The position numbers and the translations under genes are program-made. This document shows, one piece after another, positions 37,751 to 48,417 of a DNA stretch of 64,000 nt. Under the pieces are notes generated by a model that had not been told where the DNA came from, searched no databases, and saw only the letters and a list, made by a program, of their open reading frames with translations. Location: the sequence record NC_041917.1; one strand, written 5' to 3'. Every line of letters starts with the position of its first letter. Within the stretch, counting starts at the first letter, position 1.

Positions 37751-37987
37751 ATGGCTAAACCGAAGTATAATTCAAAGAAGGGCGATGTACGAACTCCTGA
37801 AGAACATAGAAAAATATTAGAAGAAATTGACGCTTTGCAAAGTGAACGCTCAAGGAAAGGAGTTGTGAAAAGTGCAAAGCGTCTTAAAAATACTTTTGGT
37901 GTTAGTAGTACTATGTATAAGAAGGAACGTAAGCCAAAAAACAAAAAACCAAAGATTTATGATTTAGGAAGATATGCACGTGAATAA
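37751..37987 (+). CDS. small basic protein
   Basis: AGGAG SD. Confidence 0.7.
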   Translation: MAKPKYNSKKGDVRTPEEHRKILEEIDALQSERSRKGVVKSAKRLKNTFGVSSTMYKKERKPKNKKPKIYDLGRYARE

Positions 37988-38204
37988 TCCTCGTAGAATT
38001 GATCTTACAAAGGTTATGTACCATGAACGTGAATTTTATCTTATTCCATCTAGCGTCCTAACCGTTTATGATAAAATCGAAATGGTAAGATACGTTAAAG
38101 CAATTGGTGATACAGCCTTTATTGTCGATAACGAAATGTACTTCGATGAGGGAGCATTTTTCAACTTGACGATGAAGTACTGTGACAAATACGTATTCAT
38201 CTAA
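37974..38204 (+). CDS. hypothetical protein
   Basis: ORF track. Confidence 0.65.
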   Translation: MHVNNPRRIDLTKVMYHEREFYLIPSSVLTVYDKIEMVRYVKAIGDTAFIVDNEMYFDEGAFFNLTMKYCDKYVFI

Positions 38205-38216
38205 AAGGAGATTTCC

Positions 38217-38441
38217 ATGAAAGTAGAAGTAGAACATAGTATTATTCAAGACATGTCGGTAATTAAATTTTTATCTTTAAAAGATTATCACCGAGCACTT
38301 GACTTTTTAGATACGAATGGGTTATCATGGACACCTCTTAAATATAGTTCTCGCTTAGACACCGCTAGTATACGTGTCAGTGAGGGCGTATTAAACATCA
38401 TTACAAATAAATTTGGAATAGGAAAATCATGCCAACATTAA
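38217..38441 (+). CDS. hypothetical protein
   Basis: AGGAG SD. Confidence 0.7.
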   Translation: MKVEVEHSIIQDMSVIKFLSLKDYHRALDFLDTNGLSWTPLKYSSRLDTASIRVSEGVLNIITNKFGIGKSCQH

Positions 38442-39355
38442 CAGTAACAGTAGGACTTCCAGGATGTGGTAAAACCACTTGGGCGAACGAGCAAGTACGT
38501 ACCGCACGGTCTAAGACTGTGAACGTAAATCTTGATGACCTTCGCCAAACAATGGCTGGTTCCCATAGTAACTACAAGTTCCGTAAAGACAACGAACAGT
38601 ACGTGCAAGACGCACAGTACAGTGCAGCGGAACATGCAGCAGCTAATAACTGGAACATCATTGTATCCGACACGAACTTGAATCCTACAGTTCGTGGAAA
38701 GTGGAAAGAATTTGCCAAAAAGCATAATTACACTTATAAAGAACAAAGCTTCTTAGAAGAATTCAAGAAAGATAAAACTTTCTCTCATGATTTCTTTGCA
38801 GTTAAAGGTTTTGTTAAACAGTGTAAAGACCGCAACCTTATGCGTGAGAAATCTGTACCAGAAGATGTAATTGATGGTATGGCTGAAAAGTACTTCTATA
38901 GTGCAATGAAGGTTCAGACACCAACTTTACAAGATTTGGAAGAAGCGATCATTGTAGATATTGATGGTACTCTTGCACATATGGACGGTAAACGTGGCCC
39001 ATACGAAGAAAATAAAGTACTTGTAGATTCACCAGATCCTGAAGTAATTTTGTCAGTACTGGCAGAAAAGAACTTTCTCGGTCGTACAGTGATCATCATG
39101 AGTGGTCGTCATGAAACCTGTAAAGAAGATACTGAAGCATGGTTGGATAAGTATGCTATTCCATACGATCATATCTTCATGCGTGGTGCTGAAGATAGCC
39201 GCTCGGACGACATTGTGAAGTACGAACTTTACATGGAAAATGTACACAACAAATTCAAAGTTGTTAAAGTCTTTGATGATCGCGATCAGGTGGTCGTAAT
39301 GTGGCGGCGTTTGTTGGGTCTTAAAGTTTATCAGGTTGGTTTTGGTAACTTCTAA
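38429..39355 (+). CDS. pseT: polynucleotide 5-kinase/3-phosphatase
   Basis: GLPGCGKTTW P-loop plus DIDGTLA HAD motif, VFDDRDQVV. Confidence 0.95.
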   Translation: MPTLTVTVGLPGCGKTTWANEQVRTARSKTVNVNLDDLRQTMAGSHSNYKFRKDNEQYVQDAQYSAAEHAAANNWNIIVSDTNLNPTVRGKWKEFAKKHNYTYKEQSFLEEFKKDKTFSHDFFAVKGFVKQCKDRNLMREKSVPEDVIDGMAEKYFYSAMKVQTPTLQDLEEAIIVDIDGTLAHMDGKRGPYEENKVLVDSPDPEVILSVLAEKNFLGRTVIIMSGRHETCKEDTEAWLDKYAIPYDHIFMRGAEDSRSDDIVKYELYMENVHNKFKVVKVFDDRDQVVVMWRRLLGLKVYQVGFGNF

Positions 39356-39409
39356 TATAAAGGGGATAGAAATATCCCCTATTTTAATTAAGATAAAGGA
39401 GATTGTACT

Positions 39410-39607
39410 ATGTCAGTTAGTGTTATATATAGAATTAAAAAACTAAATCATGTATATGATTATGATATTATTATCCATGAAGATAATTATTATTTTGAAA
39501 AAGGTTCTACCCTTGTTCATGGTGGTGGTATTAGAGAAGTACTTGAACTAAAATATCCAACTGATCAGTTCAGAATTAATGTAGAAATTGCAATCCATAA
39601 GGATTAA
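39410..39607 (+). CDS. hypothetical protein
   Basis: AGGAG SD. Confidence 0.65.
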   Translation: MSVSVIYRIKKLNHVYDYDIIIHEDNYYFEKGSTLVHGGGIREVLELKYPTDQFRINVEIAIHKD

Positions 39608-39609
39608 TT

Positions 39610-39981
39610 ATGAATAAGCATTTGTTCAATAGAGTACTTAAAAAAATAAAGGTTTATTCTGAAGAAATTAAAATTAATTCAGCATTTGATCCTTTTGAAT
39701 ATGGGGAAACTGATATTTCTGATGAGTTTTGGGGTGAGGTTTATAATATTAATAAATTATATGCTTATATCACTTTATTGAACGATTTAGATGATGAATC
39801 ATGTATTGACATTTATAGTACTTATAATATAGCTACAGATTCGTATGTATCATTGAATGAAATTAATTCTAAAGATTTGGCAATAGATATTAGTAATATT
39901 ATTAAGTATCTCGATGAACATTCAGAACATTTTGATGAAGATGGGTGGAGAGGAAGAATGGGATGGGGATGGAAAAAGTAG
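39610..39981 (+). CDS. hypothetical protein
   Basis: C-terminal GWRGRMGW resembles GWRHRLGW of 40781 ORF. Confidence 0.7.
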   Translation: MNKHLFNRVLKKIKVYSEEIKINSAFDPFEYGETDISDEFWGEVYNINKLYAYITLLNDLDDESCIDIYSTYNIATDSYVSLNEINSKDLAIDISNIIKYLDEHSEHFDEDGWRGRMGWGWKK

Positions 39982-40172
39982 TATATCTATTTTATTACAC
40001 CAGCTATGAAATAGTAGATCATGATGAAGATGGTGCAGTATATTCAAATGAACGTAACGATTTAGGAGCGTTCTACGATTTTCAAACAGGATTAGAGTAC
40101 TATCAACATATGTACCCTAGTAAACAAATACAATATCAAACTATCCAGATAATGGATTCAATTGAGGAATAA
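39969..40172 (+). CDS. hypothetical protein
   Basis: Start moved to 39969. Confidence 0.6.
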   Translation: MEKVVYLFYYTSYEIVDHDEDGAVYSNERNDLGAFYDFQTGLEYYQHMYPSKQIQYQTIQIMDSIEE

Positions 40173-40174
40173 TT

Positions 40175-40342
40175 ATGGGCTTTATTGCTTTTCTAATTTG
40201 GCTTTTTCTGATGGTGATTACCTTCATTAAAGCACGTGACTTCGGTCGTTCTAAGCTACTATGGGTTATTATTGGTTTAGTACTATCACCAATTCTAGCA
40301 CTTATCGGTCTACTAATTTTGGGGAAATCTGATGACAATTGA
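40175..40342 (+). CDS. small membrane protein (55 aa)
   Basis: GAGGA SD; two hydrophobic segments. Confidence 0.6.
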   Translation: MGFIAFLIWLFLMVITFIKARDFGRSKLLWVIIGLVLSPILALIGLLILGKSDDN

Positions 40343-40733
40343 AATTAAACTAAACGATAAAACATATGAACTTCCAACTGATATTGATATTATGGATGAA
40401 CCAGATGATGAACGTGTCATTAAACTAAGCCTTACTCGTGAAGGTATGACTGAAGGTATCTGGATCGTTATTCATGAAAAAGACCTAGAAGATTATCAGA
40501 ATAATGTAGTAGATGAAGAATATACCCGCGTATGCTCTCTATCTAATCATGCAGTTTGTGGTATTCCTTGGGGTGCATATGTTCCTTATAAACTTCAGGG
40601 TGGTGATCGACCGATTGCAGTATTTGAAGATATTATCAATACTGAAACTGATGAAGTCTTTTTCCCTGCTAAAGTACTAGCAGCTTACAAAGAAGCAAAT
40701 CCAGAATCTGAAGAAGATTCAGAAGAAGAATAA
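40332..40733 (+). CDS. acidic hypothetical protein
   Basis: ORF track. Confidence 0.75.
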   Translation: MTIEIKLNDKTYELPTDIDIMDEPDDERVIKLSLTREGMTEGIWIVIHEKDLEDYQNNVVDEEYTRVCSLSNHAVCGIPWGAYVPYKLQGGDRPIAVFEDIINTETDEVFFPAKVLAAYKEANPESEEDSEEE

Positions 40734-40780
40734 AGTAACATTCTAGCCGGAGAGATCCGGCTTTTTCTATAGGTATAGAT

Positions 40781-41134
40781 ATGAGCGAAAGACAATTTGG
40801 TGGATACCAACGAGAACTAGAACTTCATGGTAGAATCGACAATTCAGATTCACGTGAATCATTTTATAGCAACTTAATGGTAATTTATGAACTAGTAGTA
40901 GATTTTGATGATGATTATTGGGAAGATGATGAAGATGCAGATCCCAATGACATGTTCAGAAATTACACATCATTAACTCCTGAAGTACTAGAACATATTC
41001 GTACTGGAATTAAAATCGATGGCGAAAGTGCTAGTGGTGAAATTGATTTCATGTTTGATATGTTAGAAGGGGGTGACATGAATGATTCATTCGGAACAGA
41101 AGGTTGGCGTCATCGTTTGGGATGGGATGAATGA
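40781..41134 (+). CDS. acidic hypothetical protein
   Basis: ORF track. Confidence 0.75.
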   Translation: MSERQFGGYQRELELHGRIDNSDSRESFYSNLMVIYELVVDFDDDYWEDDEDADPNDMFRNYTSLTPEVLEHIRTGIKIDGESASGEIDFMFDMLEGGDMNDSFGTEGWRHRLGWDE

Positions 41135-41340
41135 CAGTACTTTCTATTATATGCATCGTATATTGTATCGGTGCTCTATTAACATTTATAGTCGGTGGCT
41201 ATGTATCAGGTTCATTTAAAGATGGAATATTTGGTATAATTTTCGCTGCCGCTTTTGCATTCTTTTGGTTCTATACTATTCCTGCAATGTTCTATGAAGA
41301 ATATGGTAGAGAACAAAGGAAGAAACGGAGAAAGAAATGA
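41131..41340 (+). CDS. membrane protein
   Basis: Two TM segments, basic tail. Confidence 0.7.
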   Translation: MTVLSIICIVYCIGALLTFIVGGYVSGSFKDGIFGIIFAAAFAFFWFYTIPAMFYEEYGREQRKKRRKK

Positions 41341-41579
41341 AAAAATTATTAGCAGTATTAGTATTGGCATTTACCATAACTGGTTGTGATGGTAGTGCGG
41401 AAGACCGCACAGGAAATTATACATTACCATCTGGATTACAAGACTGTCAAATATATCGTCTTGCAGCAGATGGTATTGGGAAAACTTTATATGTAGTACG
41501 TTGTCCTAATTCAAACACATCAACTACCTTTAGTTCTGGAAAAAATGACTCCACTACTGTCTCAAATATTGGAGGTTAA
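41337..41579 (+). CDS. lipoprotein
   Basis: MKKLLAVLVLAFTITGC lipobox. Confidence 0.8.
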   Translation: MKKLLAVLVLAFTITGCDGSAEDRTGNYTLPSGLQDCQIYRLAADGIGKTLYVVRCPNSNTSTTFSSGKNDSTTVSNIGG

Positions 41580-41580
41580 T

Positions 41581-41937
41581 ATGTCTAAAGTTTATGTAGC
41601 ACTTGATGGTACTGAATTTAGTACAAAGGAAGCAGTATTAGAATACCAAAAGCTATCTGAATTAGCAGGTATTGAATATACTGAAAAACGTAAAGAATTT
41701 TTAATTCTTCGAAATCTATCATTAAATGCATTGGATGCAGTACTTCAGTTTCAAGAAGAATGTCCACATGAATATGTAACTCTTAAAGCATGTTCAGATA
41801 CTGGAAATTATGATCGTTCTCAAGATTCATATTGGTATGAAATACGCTGTAAATGTTGTGAAAAATATTGGACAGAAGATCAGTCAGATTCTCAATATAG
41901 AGGTTCTAGTGATTCTAAAGTTGAAAGGATACGATAA
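41581..41937 (+). CDS. hypothetical protein with Cys motifs
   Basis: GGAGG SD; CPHE..CKCC. Confidence 0.75.
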   Translation: MSKVYVALDGTEFSTKEAVLEYQKLSELAGIEYTEKRKEFLILRNLSLNALDAVLQFQEECPHEYVTLKACSDTGNYDRSQDSYWYEIRCKCCEKYWTEDQSDSQYRGSSDSKVERIR

Positions 41938-42188
41938 TGATTGTAGCAATGCATATTAAAAGTGAATCGTGTGATCACTATTTGGAATTATTTGTTGATA
42001 AAACAGTAGAGCAAATAAAAGAAGAATTATATGACAATATGGAAATGTATGAACCAGTATGTGATTATGCAGTAACCTTTGATGATAGTACTACAAAATC
42101 TGAAAGAAAAGAAGTAAATGATATGCTATCAGATTGGTATGATGATTCATGGAATCGGAATGAAGATGACGGTGATGAAGATGAATAA
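41937..42188 (+). CDS. acidic hypothetical protein
   Basis: TAATG coupling. Confidence 0.7.
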   Translation: MIVAMHIKSESCDHYLELFVDKTVEQIKEELYDNMEMYEPVCDYAVTFDDSTTKSERKEVNDMLSDWYDDSWNRNEDDGDEDE

Positions 42189-42435
42189 AGAAAAGGTAGG
42201 AATAGAATTCACTCTACTTAATAGTTGGGAAGGGTGGGATGAACATGGTGTAGCTGATTTATATTTTTATGATGTAAAGCTAAAGCCAGAAGTATTTGGT
42301 GAAGATTTTCTTAAACAATACGAAGGTAAGAAAATGGATTTAGGTATGTACCTTTCTATTTCAGTTATTGAAGTATATGTGGAAGGAGAAGATGAACCAG
42401 TACTAATTAAAGACGTGAAGTTGAGTCTAATCTGA
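42181..42435 (+). CDS. hypothetical protein
   Basis: Start moved to 42181. Confidence 0.7.
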   Translation: MNKEKVGIEFTLLNSWEGWDEHGVADLYFYDVKLKPEVFGEDFLKQYEGKKMDLGMYLSISVIEVYVEGEDEPVLIKDVKLSLI

Positions 42436-42468
42436 GTCGTAGACTCAGTTTTAATTGAGGAAATAATA

Positions 42469-43065
42469 ATGAACAAAGAACAAATTGAACAAGAGATTTC
42501 TGATTTAACAAACCGTAATACTGAAATTCGTACAATTATCAATCCATATGAAACTGAATTAAGTTCTAATTGGAAACGTATTGAACGTTTAAATGATCGT
42601 TTAAGTGCTATTGTTTCCTCTCAGTTGGAAACGGAAGAAGAACAAATCCCTTACTTCTTACAGGCAGAAAATGGCATGGAACACTACCGTAAGAGTCAAC
42701 AATTTTTTGATTCTATGGGTTTCATGAGTAGCGGTTATTACCCTGAAACAAATCAAAAATGTTTGCAAATTGTCTTGTATAAAGACCGTTGTCGTGATAC
42801 AATGATGAAAGATTCAATCAAAAAAGTACTTCCATTTATTTTACCTGCTCAAGATGATACAGTAGGTGAGGTAAAACGGTTTGGTTTATTTGAACATACT
42901 CTTTCAGAAGGTGGATCTTATAATGTTCGTTATGTTGTAAGTACTGGTGAATGGCAATTAACCATAATGCGTTGGAGTCGGTTTAGTGTAGTATATTATA
43001 ATACTGATTTAGATGCATTTATTGAATATTGTTCACAGAATCATTATTATACGGAAGAATATTAA
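42469..43065 (+). CDS. conserved phage hypothetical protein
   Basis: GAGGA SD; GYYPETNQ..FEHTLSEGG. Confidence 0.8.
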   Translation: MNKEQIEQEISDLTNRNTEIRTIINPYETELSSNWKRIERLNDRLSAIVSSQLETEEEQIPYFLQAENGMEHYRKSQQFFDSMGFMSSGYYPETNQKCLQIVLYKDRCRDTMMKDSIKKVLPFILPAQDDTVGEVKRFGLFEHTLSEGGSYNVRYVVSTGEWQLTIMRWSRFSVVYYNTDLDAFIEYCSQNHYYTEEY

Positions 43066-43066
43066 T

Positions 43067-43318
43067 ATGATATTATTTGCTATTCTATATTCAATGGGTT
43101 TTATTTTTACTATTTTGTATTATATTGTTTATAACATAAATTGTGTCGAGAATGGAGAAGTTTCATTCAGTGATATTATTTTTTGTTCAGTACTATCATC
43201 AGTTGGTTGGTTGTTAGTTCCAATGATTGGATTGGCTGAATTAATTGAAAAAAATTATGGTGAAGGTATTAGTAAATTTTTTAATACTCCACTATTTAAA
43301 TCTAAGGATGTAACATGA
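43067..43318 (+). CDS. membrane protein
   Basis: Hydrophobic segments. Confidence 0.65.
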   Translation: MILFAILYSMGFIFTILYYIVYNINCVENGEVSFSDIIFCSVLSSVGWLLVPMIGLAELIEKNYGEGISKFFNTPLFKSKDVT

Positions 43319-44094
43319 GTCATGTAAAAGTTCTGGATATTCCAGATGAAAAAAATGTTTACATCATTGGTGATATTCACGGTAATTTTGATTTATTTCA
43401 AAAAACGCTGCACGAAATAGGAATCACCGATGATGATGTACTAATTAGCGTTGGTGACCTAGTTGATAGAGGTCGCAATAATGCAAAAATGTTATTTGAG
43501 TTTTTGAATAAAGAAAATAGACATATGGTACTTGGAAATCACGAAGATATGATGATGCGTGGGCGTACTAGTAGAGAATGGTATTTCAACTGGTTGCAAA
43601 ACGGTGGACAAACAACACTAGATGAAATTGGTGCACCAGGTATCGACCATTTCTGTACTTTATTAGAAGATGTTCCACATTTAATTGAAGTAAACCATCG
43701 TGGATATAAATTAGGTATTGCACATGCGGGAATACCACATTATCCAAGTATTAATGATTGGGAAACTATTAAACAATGGACTGAAGATAATGGTGAATAT
43801 CGTTATCAACTTCTATGGGATCGTGATGCAATTCAAATGGCAAGATATGATTTTGAACTTTCTGAAAAAGAAAAATTAGAACGTATCGTGGCTGGGGTTG
43901 ATTATGTAATTCATGGTCATACTGGTGTTCCACACAAATTTGCTTTTGGTAATCGTGTGTGGATTGATACTCAATTCCGTAGTGGTCAATTTACTATTGC
44001 AACAATGGACGATGATCATCTGATGAAGTACTATACTATAGTTCCAGATGAATGGGGTTCAGATGTTGGTTATGAAATAAGGGAAACAAAATAA
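43315..44094 (+). CDS. Ser/Thr protein phosphatase (calcineurin-like, lambda-PP type)
   Basis: GDIHG, GDLVDRG, LGNHE, HGHT. Confidence 0.9.
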   Translation: MSHVKVLDIPDEKNVYIIGDIHGNFDLFQKTLHEIGITDDDVLISVGDLVDRGRNNAKMLFEFLNKENRHMVLGNHEDMMMRGRTSREWYFNWLQNGGQTTLDEIGAPGIDHFCTLLEDVPHLIEVNHRGYKLGIAHAGIPHYPSINDWETIKQWTEDNGEYRYQLLWDRDAIQMARYDFELSEKEKLERIVAGVDYVIHGHTGVPHKFAFGNRVWIDTQFRSGQFTIATMDDDHLMKYYTIVPDEWGSDVGYEIRETK

Positions 44095-44576
44095 TGCGTT
44101 TATACAGTATCACAAATATGTATACCGATGGAATTCATGCAGGTATTCAAACACAGCATAGTACAGTAAGACTATTTGTAAAATATGACAAATCTAGAGG
44201 TGATTATTTCCCACAAGAAGATATGTTATATGATTGGGCATATGATCATGAAACTACTGTAGTACTAAATGGTGGTATGCATGATTCACTTATGGAAGTA
44301 CTAAATCAATTGCAAGAATGGGAACGCCATAATGCAAATGAAGTACTACCATTTGCTCCATTTTTTGAACCAGGTATTAATAATGCATTAACTAGTATCA
44401 GTATTATTATGCCACAAGATGCAATTGATTTTATGTCTGAAATTCGTGCAAAGAAACCACGAAATGATATTATGACTCCAGAGTATACAGAGTTGTATCA
44501 TAATATTCATGTAGCTTACGGGCGTCATGCATTTAAACTATTTGAACTAGTTGCATTCCTACCACTTGCAAAATAA
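44094..44576 (+). CDS. PTH2-like (peptidyl-tRNA hydrolase 2 fold) protein
   Basis: GIHAGIQTQH..W..TTVVLNGG..FFEPGINNALTSI. Confidence 0.5.
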   Translation: MRLYSITNMYTDGIHAGIQTQHSTVRLFVKYDKSRGDYFPQEDMLYDWAYDHETTVVLNGGMHDSLMEVLNQLQEWERHNANEVLPFAPFFEPGINNALTSISIIMPQDAIDFMSEIRAKKPRNDIMTPEYTELYHNIHVAYGRHAFKLFELVAFLPLAK

Positions 44577-44586
44577 GGTAAATCAA

Positions 44587-45819
44587 ATGAGTACTAAAAT
44601 TCCTGAGAAGTTTTATGTTTCTCGTGTATATCGTAGTGCAGAAGAAATTCTAGGTTTCATGGTTGTGGCTGATAATGAAAGTACTAAAACTTTCCAGAAA
44701 GCCAAAGAAAGGGCTGATGGATGGACACGACATAATAAGAATCCGTTGGATGCTATCTATGTAGACAACAAACCACGTTCTGGTTTCCGTTTAGTTACAA
44801 ATGTAAGTCGTTATAGTACTTCCAATGTGGTATGGCGTATTATGCACCCTGAAGGTTTTGAATTTGAAATCACTTCTGATAACATGTGTGATCTTTTAGA
44901 AACTAATACTATTGTTGAAGGTGAATTTCAAGATGAATTATTCTTCACACACAATCGTAAATTAGTTAATCAGAAGACTAAACTCTTTGCTGAAATGATT
45001 CGCCAAGAAGAAAAGAAAAAAGCCACAATTGAGAAAGTTAAAGAACTGGAACCTGGATGTTTAATTAGTGTACCAAATCAGTACAGTTATCGTAATCCAC
45101 CACCGCCACCAGATAAGTATGTGTATTGTGGTAAGTTCCATTCTATTACAGTTAATCGTAATAAGCCTATGGTTCTTGGTGCAAAAAGCTCACTACGTTA
45201 TGTGGTTCGTGAAGTTAGTACTGGTAATTATTACTGTCTATCTAAAATTTCTGATGCATTTACCCCACTTGAACATTATGCAGATATTGATCGTGAAAAA
45301 GTCATTAAGGAATTTAATGAACAAATCCGCAGTGATAAAGTTCAAATTGTACGTTATTATCAATCTGGTTATGTTGAGAATGCAATTGAACCTTTGTTAA
45401 TTAATGATAAGCCATTTACAAAAGATAAATTAAAAATGGAATTCATTAAACAACCTATGAAAGATATTTCAGTAATTGATGATACAAAAATCTATGTTTA
45501 TAATGAACAACGAGTTTTTGGATTCGGACTTATGAATAATGGTGGTCATTGGTATGTTAGCACAGATAAAAATGCGTACAGTAATCATAGCATGGTAGCT
45601 TCTAAACTATTAGTATATCCAATTTCGTCTATTAATGAACAAAATGTTCCACAAATCTCAGTGGATTTATCTGAACATAAAGGAATTGATCATTATAGTA
45701 GTAGTGGTAATGTATTTGGTGTACGTGATCGTTATGGTCGTAGTGGTAGTAAACCAGAACTACGTCACGTTGATATTCCAGAAAACATTGAAGTAGGATA
45801 TTACACACTAGGGGAATAA
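44587..45819 (+). CDS. conserved phage hypothetical protein
   Basis: WRIMHPEGFEFEITSDN motif; start moved to 44587. Confidence 0.8.
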   Translation: MSTKIPEKFYVSRVYRSAEEILGFMVVADNESTKTFQKAKERADGWTRHNKNPLDAIYVDNKPRSGFRLVTNVSRYSTSNVVWRIMHPEGFEFEITSDNMCDLLETNTIVEGEFQDELFFTHNRKLVNQKTKLFAEMIRQEEKKKATIEKVKELEPGCLISVPNQYSYRNPPPPPDKYVYCGKFHSITVNRNKPMVLGAKSSLRYVVREVSTGNYYCLSKISDAFTPLEHYADIDREKVIKEFNEQIRSDKVQIVRYYQSGYVENAIEPLLINDKPFTKDKLKMEFIKQPMKDISVIDDTKIYVYNEQRVFGFGLMNNGGHWYVSTDKNAYSNHSMVASKLLVYPISSINEQNVPQISVDLSEHKGIDHYSSSGNVFGVRDRYGRSGSKPELRHVDIPENIEVGYYTLGE

Positions 45820-45846
45820 TATTCCCCACCGTTATAAGGAAATAAC

Positions 45847-47262
45847 ATGTCAGTACTTGATATTATTTTAAAAATTAAAAAAACAGCCAGTACTAATTCG
45901 AAGAAAGATATTCTTAAAGAAAATATTGATAATGAAGATTTAAAGCGTGTAATTAAACTCGCCCTTGAACCTTCTATTGTTAGTGGTATTAAGAAAATTC
46001 CAGAACCAATTAGTACTGACAAAAATCTTACTCTTTCTGAAGCTCTAACCTCATTAGATGCACTTTACACTCGTACTGTAACTGGTAATGCAGCCCGTCA
46101 ATTTCTTGGTGAACTATTAGGTTCAGTAAATGAATTTGATGCAGACATTATTCGCCGCGTAGTACTAAAGAATTTAGATTGTGGTATTCAAGAAAAAAAT
46201 GCTAATGATGTATTTGGTAAACAATTTATCAAAGATGAACCTTATATGAGGTGTTCATTAGTAGATGAAAAAACTGTTAAGAATATTACATCTTTCAAAA
46301 CTCATGGATATGCAGTTATTGAAACAAAAATGGATGGTCAATATCTTAACAGTACTATTGTAAATGATTCATTATTGTGTACCTCACGTAATGGTAAAAT
46401 TTATGATTTTCTTGGCATGAAAGATGAAGATATGATTCGTCTAGCAAAAAATGTTCAAGCATTGGATTCCCGATTCAGTTCTGGTGTAGTGTTTAATGGT
46501 GAATGTTTAATCATGGGTGATGATGGTAAAGTAGTTAACCGTGAAACTGGTAATGGTATTATTCAGAAAGCTGGTAAGGATACAATGTCCGATTCAGAAG
46601 CAATGCGTGTAGTATTTGTATTGTGGGATGTTATACCATATGATGCATTTTGTAATGGTATTTGGGAAGTTGAAAGACAAGAACGCCGTGAACTATTAGA
46701 GAAAGCGATTAGTACGTTGGAATCAGAATTTGTTCGTTTAGTACATTATCGTAAAGTAAAAGATATTGGAGAAGCTTTTGATTTTAATACTGAAATGATT
46801 GATGCTGGTGAAGAAGGTTCAGTACTAAAATGTGAAAGTGGAATCTGGAAATCTCACACCTCACCAAAACAATTGAAAATGAAATTGAAAATGCAATTTG
46901 ATTTACGTATTATTGGTTTCAATGAAGGTGAAGGTAAACGTAAAGGAATGCTTGGTGCAATTCTTTTAGAATCTGAAGATGGAGTTATCACCGTTGGATG
47001 TGGTACGGGAATCAAAGAAAAAGATAACGAGTGGACATTCCAAAGTATTTGGGATAAACGTGATGAGTTGATGGGAAAAATCGTAATGGTTGAAAGCACC
47101 TCATTAACAAAAGATAAGCGTACTGGTAAAATGAGTATCTTCCTACCTTCTTTCCAAGAATTCCGATTCGATAAAGATGTAGCTGATACATATGAACGTA
47201 TTCTTGAAATTCGTGAATCTGCTGTACATGTTCTTCGTGAAAAATTGGCAAGGTTAGAATGA
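45847..47262 (+). CDS. lig: ATP-dependent DNA ligase (T4 gp30-like)
   Basis: ETKMDGQY, FNGEC, LWDVI, EGSVLK, KLKMK, GCGTG. Confidence 0.95.
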   Translation: MSVLDIILKIKKTASTNSKKDILKENIDNEDLKRVIKLALEPSIVSGIKKIPEPISTDKNLTLSEALTSLDALYTRTVTGNAARQFLGELLGSVNEFDADIIRRVVLKNLDCGIQEKNANDVFGKQFIKDEPYMRCSLVDEKTVKNITSFKTHGYAVIETKMDGQYLNSTIVNDSLLCTSRNGKIYDFLGMKDEDMIRLAKNVQALDSRFSSGVVFNGECLIMGDDGKVVNRETGNGIIQKAGKDTMSDSEAMRVVFVLWDVIPYDAFCNGIWEVERQERRELLEKAISTLESEFVRLVHYRKVKDIGEAFDFNTEMIDAGEEGSVLKCESGIWKSHTSPKQLKMKLKMQFDLRIIGFNEGEGKRKGMLGAILLESEDGVITVGCGTGIKEKDNEWTFQSIWDKRDELMGKIVMVESTSLTKDKRTGKMSIFLPSFQEFRFDKDVADTYERILEIRESAVHVLREKLARLE

Positions 47263-47636
47263 TAATTTACACTAAAAGTACTTATATGGAGCCTAGACAG
47301 GCTCTATATTTTGTTCCATATTTGGATAAACATAGTTCATTACATGGTATTATTGATACAAAATTAATTTTTCAAAGTGATTTTATATCAATCATAGATA
47401 TTGATAAAAACGCACACAAAGTAATGAAAAATAGGTACGAACCACTTGACAGCATGTGGAATTCTGGTACACTATTATCTCGAATCCGAGATGAAATTCA
47501 AATAGGTTCAGAGACTGAAGGGGCGGCATATTCTTATAGTCGTAAATTCAAGTACAGTAATAAATTTGATATTTCATTGTGCGAAAACTTTGAAGAATAT
47601 ATAAAGGCTCTCTATGAAATTCACAGAAATTTCTGA
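47259..47636 (+). CDS. hypothetical protein
   Basis: ATGA overlap. Confidence 0.7.
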   Translation: MIIYTKSTYMEPRQALYFVPYLDKHSSLHGIIDTKLIFQSDFISIIDIDKNAHKVMKNRYEPLDSMWNSGTLLSRIRDEIQIGSETEGAAYSYSRKFKYSNKFDISLCENFEEYIKALYEIHRNF

Positions 47637-48417
47637 TATTCACGGCGAAATTGATTTTATTAAAGAATTACCAGATCAAAAAGATACTATTCTTTTGATT
47701 CCTGGTGATATTCATGAAGTAAAAACATACTCTGCGTATCGTTCTATTGTAGAAGTACTTGTTAATAAGTACAAAGATGTTGTTATGGTTCCAGGAAACC
47801 ACGAATATTACCGTAGTAACATAACTAAAGTACATCGTAAATTAAAAGAACTTGATGATGAGTTTAGTAATTTTCATTTCCTACAAGATGACTTTCGGGT
47901 ATTCGAAGATGGAACTGATAAAGTACTTGTTCTTGGTGGTACATTGTGGACTGATTTTGATGGTGGGAATCCGTTAAGTAAGATTATGGCAAAATCGATG
48001 ATGAATGATTATCGCTATATTCGTCATGGGACTCCTGAATATTATTGGGGTCGTAAATTGATTCCTGATGACGTTGAATTTTTCCATTTCAAAACCAAAC
48101 AATTTATCAAAAATTGTGTTGACAAACACCGTGGAATGTGCGATAATCTAAAAATAGTGGTGATGACCCACCATGCACCAAGTTTTCAAAGTGTTGATTC
48201 ACGATATGCGAATGACAGTTCGAACGGGTTTTATTGTTCTAACATGGATTACTATGTTGGTGATATTAATGCCAACGTTTGGGTACATGGTCATGTACAT
48301 TCATCTCATGATTATATGATTGGTGATACCCGTATTATTTGTAATCCACGTGGTTATGGAAATGTTCACACAAATGAAAATAAAAAATTTGACAGTACTC
48401 TAACATTTGAGGTATAA
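47614..48417 (+). CDS. metallophosphoesterase
   Basis: ISDIH, PGDI, PGNHEYY, TLWTD, THHAPS, HGHVH. Confidence 0.9.
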   Translation: MKFTEISDIHGEIDFIKELPDQKDTILLIPGDIHEVKTYSAYRSIVEVLVNKYKDVVMVPGNHEYYRSNITKVHRKLKELDDEFSNFHFLQDDFRVFEDGTDKVLVLGGTLWTDFDGGNPLSKIMAKSMMNDYRYIRHGTPEYYWGRKLIPDDVEFFHFKTKQFIKNCVDKHRGMCDNLKIVVMTHHAPSFQSVDSRYANDSSNGFYCSNMDYYVGDINANVWVHGHVHSSHDYMIGDTRIICNPRGYGNVHTNENKKFDSTLTFEV

